A DNA stretch of 64,000 bases from Vicugna vicugna (lineage: Eukaryota), in assembly GCA_013265495.1 (NCBI GenBank), contig MU058337.1:5746716-5810715 (forward strand), given 5' to 3'. Each line of letters begins with the position of its first letter. Positions within the stretch are counted from its first letter, which is position 1. Shown here piece after piece: positions 26,301 through 38,300 of this stretch. The position numbers and the translations under genes are program-made. The notes below the pieces were generated by a model. That model saw only the letters and a list, made by a program, of their open reading frames with translations, ran no database searches and had not been told where the DNA came from.

Positions 26301-29300
26301 AAGACCCGGCCCGCCCAAGTGCCAGCGGCGCACAGGGTGAGAAACCCCGTCTAGGAGGAAGTACAGGAAATCAAGTGTTTGTGATAATCTATGTGGGGAA
26401 CGTACTGACAGATGGTGCTGAGGGCGACTTCAGGTGCTGCTCTGAGCCTCACTTATTCTAGAGGTCCGCTAGGGGCACAGACAGACCCTGCTCTCGGGCA
26501 GCCAGGCTTGCTCACAGTAGGTTAGCCGTGAAGAAAACAAGTAAACTGGGAAGGGAGGCTGCCCTGGTTGCTGACTCTCATGCAGCAAATGTTGAATGCT
26601 TTCTGTGGTCCTAGCGCGATACCATGTGATTTTTTTAATGTTTAGTTTTTAATACGATTTTTAATACCTGCACATAAGTAAAAAAAAAGTTAAAAGGTAT
26701 GGAAGGTTATCCAGTGAAAAGTAAGGCTTCTTCCCTCTCCTACATGAATTTTTCTTCTTAAAACTGTTCAGAAACTGCCGTAATTGGTTTCTGGTGTGCC
26801 TTCTGGCGATCTGTTTTGCATTTGCAAGCGTATTTATGTAACTTTTAACGCAGATGGCAAGTGTTTCCAAATGTTTCTTCTCTCTCAAGAAGGGACAGTA
26901 GAGGTAACGTTGCCCCCGTTTGATAGATGAGGTCACTAAGACTGTGAGTACAAGTAACATGCTCAGGGTCACTTGGCAAGTGGCAGAGCTGGAATTGAGA
27001 CCGCGAGTTCTGGTTTTAAGCAGAGCTGAACCAAGATTCATGGGCACCACCTCCAAGCAGGCTCACTTTGCCCCACTTCAAACTTAGGTCTTTTTTCCAA
27101 TATTTGTTCAGCATCTACGTAGATGAGGAGGTAAGAGCATCGCATGTGCCCTTTCCTCCCAAGCAGTTCTGCTCTGGACCCCACCTTGTGTGCCCCGCCC
27201 ACCCAGCAGTGTACAGCAGGCTCCCTCCTCCAAAGGCCCCGTAGGGTCATCAGTTCTCACTGGAGCTCAGCCCCACTTGAGCCACTCACTACAGCTGTCA
27301 CGTTTCTAGTGGTGCTTTGACTTCCTGTCCGTGAGCCCCCGTGCAGGGGGCCTCAGTGGTCCTGCATCCTTCCAGCCATTCCACACTGGTGGCAGCCACC
27401 TGATGTTCAGAGAGCCCGGACTCCTGTCCCGGGAATTGTAGAGATCCTCGGAGCAGATCAGGTGTTCCAGCACCCCCTGTTGTGACGGCAGCAGCCTGGG
27501 GTCCTGTGTAACCAGGTGCAGCGTGGACACTCTCTGTGGGAGTTTGCAGCACAACTTGCCTGCTAGGTGACGGCAGGATGGGAAGAAGGAACTTGCCCCA
27601 TGGGGACTCTGCCTTGAGATGTCTTTGTGGCCGGGGCTGTGTTACAGTACCTCCCCGAGGCTCTGGGCCCCTGCTGGGGTTCCCTTGAGAAGGGGATGTG
27701 TGTGCCAGGTAGAGGGTGCCGTCAATCAGAAATGAAGGTCTAACACACTCACCCACAGAGAAGTGCTGTCCAGAGACCAAACTCTGTTTTGAAATTGTGG
27801 CTGTTGAAGGTGCATGCTTGAAGTTTCAGTTCCAGGTGTTAACAAGATGGAGCTATGTCGCATGACTCTTGTGTTTGTCATTTCTCCTAATTGGCAGCCA
27901 ACAAGGAGGGGACACATTCCACGTGCTGGGTGTTGCTGAGCATCCTTCTGGGAGCAGTGGCCATGCTGTGCAAAGAACAGGGGATCACTGTGCTGGTAAG
28001 ACCCGTGATGCACCCTTCCCCTCTTGTAAAGATGTCTTGGGCTGCCCTGCCCGTGTGACCTCCTCTACTGCAGCCTCTGGGCCACCTGCATTCCTAGACC
28101 TTTCTGGGCCAGTTACCTGTGCTGTCATGATCCTGGCGTTTCAGATGGAAATTGACTCAGTTGGCTGTCATTAGAACTGGCAGGCATGGAGTGGGGACAG
28201 TCCTAAAGAGCATATTCACCCTCTTGGAGAGGTCCTGTAGAAAACAGATAAGAGAGTGGCGTGTGTTTTCTTGGTTGCTCTCATGTTTTGGGAGTCCTAA
28301 ATACGACAGTATTCTGACCCCATCACTGCTTCCAGCCCCAGTTAAACAAACACTGATGTATGTTTCCCGGCTTCGCCTGGAAATGTCAGAGAACAGAGGC
28401 TCTGAGGAGCACAGGCATGCACCTCCCAGCTCTGAGCTGAGTGGAAGCCCCAGGAAGGAAGAGGCCTGGAAATGCACCTTGCTTTTTCTCCAGTCTAGCC
28501 AACTTCCCATCTTACGTTATGAGAGGGACACTGAGACCTTAGGGATGGGAGCAGACAGAGAGAAATGGAAAACAGATGTGGGAGGTGCATGGCCTCATTG
28601 AGGAAGCCATGGGAAGGAAAGAGCGGCCCAGGGTCTTTGGGGTTTGACCCCAGTCGAGGCAAAGATCGATGGTTTTATTGGGCTCAATCTGTAAGATTAA
28701 GGTTAGCTAGCTAGGAAATGGTGTAGCAAAAAGTGACTGTGAAAAGACACTTGAATTTCATGAGTTACTTTTTTAAAGTTTGCTCTAAATCAGTGTTTCT
28801 CAACTTTGGCATTATTGACACTTGGGGCTGAATCATTCTTTCCTTGGGGTGTGTCCTGCACATTGCAGGATACTTAGCAATGTCCCTGGTCTCTACGCAC
28901 TAGATGCCAGTAGGACACCCCCCACCCACCCAAGTTGTGGCAACCCAAAATGTCTCCAGACATTGCCAAGCAGCCCCTGGGAGGGACCAGCATCATCCTG
29001 TGAGAAACAGTGCCCTTGCTTCTCAAAGTGTGATTTGAGGACCAGTAGCATCAGGACCACCTGGGAACTTACTAGAAATTTAGGATCTCAGACCCTACCT
29101 CAGGCCTGTTGGATCAGAATCTCCATGTAATAAGGACCCCAGGTAACCTCTCCATCCATTAATGTTTGAGAAGCACTGAAAAATTAGGTTGAATTTACAT
29201 GAATAAAGATATGGTAAAATTTAGCTGTTTTCACTGATTAGAATGTGGACCTTTCGATGATGCATCTAAGTGAGAAGGAAGTGGGGGTGCCAAACTCATG

Positions 29301-32300
29301 TTTGGCTCAGTCGTCATGATGACATGACCCCATCACCCCTTGGTGTCTGTCCTGTAGCTCACAGGTGGAAAAACAAACGGTGTAGAAAGTGATAGGGGCA
29401 GCTCAACAGGGAGCTTCTACCTCCTAGAATATGGTTCACCCCCAGGAAGAAATGGTCTTCTGTGACCCACTAAAATCATGTATTGCATGGGTGAATAAAA
29501 CCAGGAGTCTTTGAAATGCTTAACCCAGCACTGGCCCATGTGTTGGGTAATTAATGGCTCCCAGCATTTATGGGGGAAGGTTAAGTAGGGATGTCATCCT
29601 CTCTCTGAAAACCACAAATTACCACTGGCTTCTGATGATTTATGATATTCTTTGTCACGAAGCCCCATATTAAAAAGACCCAAGTCACGCAGGGGCAGCT
29701 GGAACCAACCACTCAGTATGTGTTCTGACCACCTTACCTAGTTCTGGCAGGGGATTCAGCTCATTGACATCGCCTGCAGCAGCCGCACGTGTAGAGAGTC
29801 CACTTCAGGGTGGACAGTGGAGTCCAAGGCTAGATGATCCTGCAGCCTATAACCTCGGCTGTCATAGCTTTACGAGCAGCTGTCACCTTCTGGAGAGGAA
29901 TTATCGCGCTGCTCCTGGGAGCTGTTAGTGTGGGTGGAGCTGCAGGATCACACACTACCAGGGGCCAGGGGCTTCCTGTAATTGAAGTGATTTGTCATTC
30001 ACCTGAAAGGTGTGGGCAGGGCTCCCTTCAGCAGAGACGGCTGTCCTCCACACAGCGGATCCAGGCTGGTGGTGGCTCTGCCGTCTCCAGGGTGCAGTTC
30101 CCAGTGTCACTCTGAACATCTTCATCGTCTCCGCCACACCAGCTGGGCAGGAGACCAAGGGTGGAGCCTGCCCAGATCTATGACCAAACCTCCAAGATGG
30201 TGTGTGATCACTTCCGGCCGCATCCCGTAGGCTGGAAAGCACACGACCACGCTTACCTGCAGGGCTGGCTGTGTGCTCAGCCAGAAGGGAGAGCTGGCGG
30301 ACAACCAGGAGTCTGAACCTGAGAGGTCTCCGAAGCCCCACCAGAGATTGTATGTTCTGCTTCCCCTCTTGCACAGATTTGCTAAAATCAGTCAGCACTT
30401 GAGATTTTTGAGGTGTACTTACTTATGTGGCTGGGTTTTCAAGGTTAATGACTGCCTTTATCTCCTTAGGCATGATTACTGCAGGTGTTGGCTCTGTTAC
30501 ATCAACTAAGGGAACGTTTTATAATTTAAGAAAAGGATGGCAGGGGGGACCTTTGCAGAACTTCTCTGGGGAATCCCACATTTCTAGCTTTCCTGCGTCT
30601 TACTCTTGCATGCAGACTATGAACTTATGACTAATGGGAATGTAGTGATGACACATTTGGTGCATTTCCATGAGCTAATGTCCTAGGAGCAGTAGGATTT
30701 TTTGATTTTGGTTTTGGACCTGAAGAGGTCATCTGCAATGATCTAATCCAGTGCGTTACTTGTCTAGATTCAGCAATGAAATTGTGATATGTGGTTGCTA
30801 CCTCATCAGAGTTCAGCTGCCCCGTCACTGATTCCTTGCTTTGCTTTCTTAGGGTTTGAATGCCGTCTTTGACATCTTGGTGATAGGCAAGTTAAATGTT
30901 CTGGAAATTGTCCAGAAGGTACTACGTAAGGGCGGATCGTTAGAGGTGAGTATCTGCTTTTGCCCCCAGCCTAGACACGGAAAATGTCAAGTACCAGCTG
31001 ACTTTAAATGCCATTTTCAAAGTGTTTCTTATGACTTGAATTCTAAAATAGCCGGCCCTTGAAAGCACAGTGTCAGTGTAGTTCGAGCAGAATTGTTGCA
31101 CATTTGTCCTTGGCTTGGCTGCACTTTTATTTGAAAAGTCTGTGACATCAGAGGCCGTGTGGTGTCCTTTCAGAACCTGGGTGTGCTCAGGAATGGGGGC
31201 CTCCTCTTCAGAATGGCCCTCCTGGCCTTGGGGGGAGCAGGGATGCTCTTCGTGCGCTGGAGGATCATGGGCACTGGCCCGCCGGCCTTCACTGAGGTGG
31301 ACAACCCTGCCTCCTTCGCCGACAGCATGTTGGTCCGGGTGAGTTCTGAGTCTGTCCTCCACTGGGTCATCTTCTTTGCCCACCAGAGCCCAGGTCTTCC
31401 CTCCTTCCTCCTCCTCCTCCTCCTGATCTCCCCCCCAGCACATCCACAAAATCCCCCCTGAGTGGAACACCTCCACGTCTGTTTCCTCTCACCAAGGATA
31501 TTCTAGGATGAAACCAGGTTTTTATTAGGGCATTGAAAGGGTATAAACTCCTTGTATTTCCTTTCTCAACCAAGTTAAAGAGGAGCAGTTTAGAAAACAT
31601 CAGGTTTCTTGCCAGCCTCGGTAAAGCATCCCTAATCCCATTACTTTTGACATCAAGGAAATTGACATGGCTGGGTTAAGACAAAATGTAATATCAGTGG
31701 TATCTTTAAAAGTCTAATGGTGTCCAGACTTCCTTGTAAAGGTTTGCTTTTTCTGAAAGCAAAGGTGTCACCCACAGATTCTCAGCTGTGGCGGTCATCG
31801 AGACAGAAATCACGAGAAGGACCATAGAACCCTGTACGTCTATTGTTAGGCACATAGGTGACCCCTGGGCCCGAGATTTCCTGGGTCATGGACTTCGGGC
31901 ATCACTGAGTAAATGGGTCATAGTTGGACCAGAAATATAACAAATGTATAGCAGGGTCTGGTGGCTTTGCTGTATTTTTCATCTATTAAAAATCTCAGTG
32001 CATTTCCTAACTGCCATGACAGCCCCATGCCCAATGTTGAAAGTGGCAACATCTTATTGTATACAACTGCTCCCCTTGAACAGAAACCTAAGGGTGCCTC
32101 CAAAGTGAAGTTAGGATATGTATATTTTTCCAAGTTCAGTGTCAAATAAGTGTTTGTTTTTCTCTTAACTGACAGGCCATAAACTATAATTACTACTATT
32201 CATTGAATGCCTGGCTGCTGCTGTGCCCCTGGTGGCTGTGTTTTGATTGGTCAATGGGCTGCATCCCCCTCATTAAGTCAGCTGGCGACTGGAGGGTAAT

Positions 32301-35300
32301 TGCACCAGCAGCACTCTGGTTCTGCCTCATTGGCCTGATATGCCAAGCCCTGTGCTCTGAAGACAGCCACAAGAGAAGGTAAGAGGCCAAGCTGAATTTT
32401 AACGTTGACGCTGGGTTGAGTCAGAGCATTTCGCCAAATCCAGCACCAATCATTTTAGCAATTTTGTGGACCTAATGTCTAAGGACATTTATTTTAAGTA
32501 CACGTTTATGGCTGGACTGAGTTCTAGTTCTGTCCGTGTGGAATCCGTGGCTGGCTTCAGCTAGTGGGGCGTGAACTTGGAGGAAGGGGTACAGATGACT
32601 GCTTTATCTCCCCTCCCCCTCCCCCGGGAAGGAGCATTTTGAGATCCTTTTCGCTGTAGGTGGTAGAGAGTAATTTATGGTCAGAACAGAGTGTGATTGC
32701 AGTGTGCTGTGTCCATATTCCCAGCCCTCCCTCAGAACACCCTGATGGATGCTCCAGCAGTTCCTCCCCGTGTTGTTTGGTACAAAATAAACTGCCACCC
32801 GAAAGAGGCTATTCTTTCTCACCAAAAAAAGAAGGCAAAACGGTTACTGAGAAAATAGCTGGGAGAGAAACAAATGTGTTTCATGAGAAAGAAAGCTATT
32901 TATGGTGATTTTCTTTAAACGTAAGTGTGTGTAGAATTAGATTAGTAATTTCTCAAAATAAATTCAGTTTTAAGTTTACCTGTGTCTTAAATTGGTTCCT
33001 CATTCTAAAGAGCAACAGATCCTAGTCCCCCTTCACCTCACATGTGCAGCAAGACTTTTTTTTTTTTAACACTATAGACACAGGGGCTGGGAAGGAGCCA
33101 CCAAATTTGACCTGGCTTCCTAATTCATCCTCTTACATCATAGGAGACCTTAGAAGGGATTGCTGGGGGAGACAGCTCAGTGGTAGAGTGCGTGCCTAGC
33201 ATGCATAGGGTCCCCAGTACCTTCATTAAAAATAAATAAATAAAAACCTAATTACCACCAGTTTATTACCAAAAATAAAATAATAAAAATAAAAACATGA
33301 AAAAAAAGGAGGGACTGCCTACTTCCAGAAGTATTCTGTTGCTCTCAGCTTTCTTTTTGCTTGACTGAAGTTGAGGGTGTAGCACCCAAAAATGATGTTA
33401 GTTTATTTCAGATTTCATAAAGCTTAAACTAGTTAAGTTGCATTATTCCTGTTAAATTTAGAGGGGTAACTAAATTGGACTAATTGGGACCAATAGCCAC
33501 TGAGCTCTCGAGCGCCTACGTGGTTTGAGGTATAGTTAGGAGTAGGTGAATTCATGAGACCCCACAAAGTAATCGTTCTGGCTTTATTCATATGAATTTT
33601 GTGACCTGTAAGTTTTATCCTGATGCTTAATGCTCAGGGCCTTAATAAGACTTTTATGTCTCATCCTGATGCTGCTCGGTGCAACCCTCTCTCCCGAGGT
33701 CATTTCTCTGCTGCCGCTGATGCCTCTTCTCAGTTGCTGGCATGAAAGTAAAATGGGGAGAGGGGCGGTCTTTACCATGAAGTTAATGTTGAGCAGGGCG
33801 TTTTTCTTGAGATGCCTTGAAAGTCGCCCTTTTACTTACTTCCCGTCTTCCAGGATGCTCACACTGGGCCTGGGGTTTCTCATCATCCCGTTTCTTCCTG
33901 CGAGCAACCTGTTCTTCCGCGTGGGCTTCGTGGTCGCAGAGAGAGCGCTGTACCTGCCCAGCGCCGGGTACTGCATGCTGCTCACCTGCGGGCTGGGCGC
34001 ACTCAGCAGGCTCACGAAGAGGAAGGTACGGGCCCGGAGCGGAGCCGTTCACGACCGCGACATCGGATGGACTCCACTAACCTTGTCCATGTCTCTCTCT
34101 TCTTAAGAAACTGATTGCTGCTCTCGTGCTGGGAATTTTGTTCATAAACACGCTGAGGTGCGTGATCCGCAGCGGCGAGTGGCGGACGGAGGACCAGCTT
34201 TTTAGAAGTGCCCTGTCTGTGTGTCCCCTCAATGCTAAGGTAGGCTGGCTGCCACGTGTTAAGTTCAGCAGCTTGTTTTGGGTTTTTTTTTTTTAATGAT
34301 TTTGATAAAATGTATTAAAATTGCTCTTAGCCAAAATCATTCAAAAGAAATCTTTAAAACCAGGCAATGTCACTTAAGTTTTTCTTCATCTTCCAATTGG
34401 TCCAGTCAGTGATTAAAGTCGTGACAGGGAAGGGAATAGTAAGTACATGCAGGCTGAGGCCGGGGGAGTCCCACAGTGAACCGTTTAGAACACACTTTTC
34501 AAAACACATGCTCCGGCCTCCTCCAGTCTGTGACTGGAGCTGGTAATACCTATGAATGGACAGCAGTTTGGTTCCGGAAGTTTAAAGTCTGCTGGCTGGT
34601 GGGCAGTGCACACGGTTCTCTCACTGGTGGCTTTCTGCTTGGGATTCCTTCTGTCGGATTAGGTAAAAGTAAATATATAGACTTTAAAGTGGCAGTGTTT
34701 TTGTTGATGCAGTCTGGCAGGAGTTTGTCTCACCTGTGCTCCTGATGAGTCCAAGCTCTCCTCTAACCCAGCCGTGCCTCTTTGGGCAAGACTAGACTGC
34801 CTGTTTTGAACGTTCTGTGCCCTTACCTGTCACAGGGGACAGTGCCTGTCTCCTGGGTTTGCTGTGAGGCCTTAGTGAAATAGGGCATCTGAAGTGCCCT
34901 AACACGGTAGTTAGAACACAGTAGGTGCTCAAGGAATGTTTGCTTTCAGTAAGCTCCTCTTCGTTTTGGTTGTCCCATTAAATGGGAGGAAGGAAATGAT
35001 GATTGCTCAGAATGAGCGGCCGGGGGCTAGGTTAGAGGGGTTCTCTGTTAGCGTGGACCATTGCTGTTATTAAATAGTGGTCCGTTCTCTCCTGGGTCAT
35101 CGGAATGGGAGGTTCCTAGGATGCTTAAATGTAATCCTCTGGGGGTGGAAATAAGAGCTCCATGGAGTTCTGTCTCATTTCCACATTATTTATTTAAGAG
35201 AAAGCAGTGATCTCAGGCAAAATTATATGAATAAATCTAATGAATAATTGACGCCTTATTGTGACCCTGAAGTGCAGGGTAATCTAAAAGGTGCTGACTC

Positions 35301-38300
35301 CTTCTTTGTCTTTTCCTTAGATTAAAAAAAACAAAACAAAACAAACAAAAAAAAACCCTGTTCATATTTTATAGTTCAGAGGCTTAGACAAAAGAGTGAA
35401 TTACTTCAAGCTTTTATTGATAATTTGATTTGCTGACCTATCCACTTATTTTATGCTACTAAAAATAAATTGCCTGTGATTTAATTTCATAAATGTTAAT
35501 GGGTTTGCTTTATTTTTACTTTTCTGTTTGAGCAGCAGTAATTACCCTTTCTATTTATGTAGTTCTTCCCCAGAAGGAACTCAGATTTCTTTGTAGAGGC
35601 TCTGTAATTAATCTCCATTATCCTCCCTCTAAGGTTTTTAGAGAGAGGTTATTATTTTCTTTAATTTTCTAAAAGGGAGAAACTGAGGCATGGAAAGATG
35701 AAGCTGACAACATCTGAGTTAGTAATTAAGGTGGTAGATGAAGACCTGGTATAGTGCTGTGTCCAACTTATCCTAGTAAATGAGGGGGTGGGACATAGGT
35801 GATGTTTGAGCTTCTGTGTCTGTCCTAGCGAGTGACTTCATATGTTACAGGCTGGAAAACACAGGGGGCGCATGGATGGACTTACGTACACAATCATATG
35901 TCTGCATGTATAGTTCTCCCTTTTAAATTTGAGATATACATGCAAGACCTTGTCTTCAAAAAGGATCTGGTAGTAATAATCCTTCCCAAGAACATTTTTC
36001 AGTGATACTATTCTGTGTGAGCAAGATAGAATTTTTTTTTGTTTTAGTTTTTTTAACTTTTCACTATAAATTGAAGTGTTAATTAAGTTGTCTTTACTTT
36101 TTTTTTTTGGAAAAGCTAGGTTGATTTCAGGGAAGAGATCTCATTTAGGAAGACACTGGTTTCATTCAACTCTATTGCAGGAAAAACATTTTCTGAACTC
36201 ATTTTCACTTTGTATTCATTGATTCTTAAGTAAGCACTTGGCACCTGGCTCCATACGAGGCCCAGATTTACAAAGGAGATCCGGTGCTGTGCCCAGTGCA
36301 TCTGAATTACCCACAGTGCCTTGCGTATGGCAGGCACTCACTATTAGTGGCTGAAATTGAGCCAAATGGAAGTTAAATTCTTGCTTTGGATGAGATACCA
36401 AGTATCTGATTATGGTACAGTCATTCTTAGTTTTCAAGGCTTTAAAGTATGTGGCACTTTGTATCTACCCTGTGATACAATTCTAAATTCTTTTAACAAT
36501 GAAAGGAATCATATACCACAATGGGGTATTTCCTTAAGGATGAGCCAGGATGGGCTGTAGGATTTTTGTATATTAAAGCATTTTAAGTTTAACATCAGAT
36601 GTTAAGGAAGTTGGAAGCAAACTGGTTTTGGCACTGCTGTGACACGTGCCTTCCGTGCGGGGTGCTGTCACTTCGTTGTGTGTACACATCCTTGGGTCGC
36701 GATGGTGGTTTTATCTGTGGCTTCTGTTATGCTTTGTTGTCTCAGCGTAAGAATCACAAGGGCTGGAGGGAAAGTTCAAGAATGAACAGGCTTTTTCAAT
36801 CTCTTACATCCCATGGAAACAAAAATCACTCATTCTTTAAGCTCTATTTTAAGTAAACTATTTCTGAGGGGTTTGGTTTGGTTTTTCACAACAGATTATC
36901 TAGGCGGCTATTTTCCATTCAAATACTTCCCTCCAAGTAACTAACAGGATACGGCTGGCCTGTGGGTAAACCTGTTTACTAGTCTTCATTACGGACAGCT
37001 TGCCTTCTAGGGCTGTATCTGATTTTTAACTAGTCCCATGGAATTAACTGCAGTCTGATTTTCCAGAGCGCCCCTCCTCCCTCCCCTGCCCTTCTGGTCT
37101 GTGGCATCCAGGAGTCTAACAGGACACTGGCTCCACTGCAGAGGGCAGTTGAACTCTTTGAGCTTTTTCTGAGAAAACAGAATGTCCCGTAACAAAGGAT
37201 AGCGTCAGGAGCTCACGGGCGGAAGAGGCAGGAGCCAAGGAGAAGCTGTGTTTGTGTTCTGGGAACCACAATCACATCCTTGCTCACAGGTTGGAGTCTC
37301 CAGATTCAGTCCCTTGGTGTGTGGGGCAAGGGAGGTGAAGTCACACTTCCAGGCTGGGGCTGGGGGAGGCACAAAATCGAACCATTTAGAGCTGACTTTT
37401 CAATACATGCGATCCAGCTGTGGCATGAACTAGCCTCCTGCAAGCAGTAACTTGAAGATGATAATACTTACAAATGGACGATGTATTGGTTCAGGAAGTT
37501 TAAATTATACGGTATGCTGGGCACTAGTATACGTTTCTTTCACCTGTGAGTTCCCTGCTTGTGATTCCTTTTGTCCAATTAGGTAAAAATAAATGTATAG
37601 ACTTGAGAATTGGCAGTTAAAAAACAAATGCTCTGTTTCATATGTGCTTAAAGACTGTCACACTGCTCCATGCCCTTCCAGAAATATTAGTATTTTTGAA
37701 GGCGTGCTATCACTGTGGGTTAAGATTGCTAAGGCAGGGTGGGGTTATACAGTTAAAAGGGGGTCTGAAGTGTTCAGATGTAATGCCACTTGATGGTGCT
37801 CAAACCATTAGTGTAATCCATCATGTTAGTCTGCTATGGTCACTGTAAAAAAAATACCACAGAATGAGTAGCTTAAGCAGCAGAAGTTTGTTTTCTCCCA
37901 GCTTTGGAGGCCAGAAGTCCAAGGTCAAGGCGTCGGAAGCAGCGGTTTCTCCTGAGGCCTCTCTGGTTGGCTTGCAGACGGCCGCCTTCTCACTGTGTCC
38001 TCACGTGGTCGCTCCAGTGTGTGCAGGCATCCCTGATGTCTGTGCAGTTTCCTCCTCTGATAAGGACACCAGTCAGATAGGATTAGGGCCCCAAAGAGCC
38101 TCATTTCAACTTAGTGACCTCTTTAAAGACCCCCTCTTTCAAAACTCACATTCTGGGCTGCTAGAGGTTAGGACTTCAGCATACAAATTTTGGGGACACA
38201 ATACAACCCCTTAACACCCCCAAAGAAAGATTATTTTACCTTAAGAAAACTAATAGATGGCATGAATGAGTGGGTCTAGAAATTGTCTTGCGCAGCCGGC

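Noticed and set aside
33630-33853. 74-codon in-frame extension upstream of CE9
   Set aside because: A good acceptor sits at 33853 and the extension has no similarity to TMTC4 as I recall it; treated as intron.
35858-35871. CTCF-like motifs (cagggggcgc at 35862; also 3188, 18785, 44771)
   Set aside because: Only partial matches; expected by chance in 64 kb without ChIP or conservation data.
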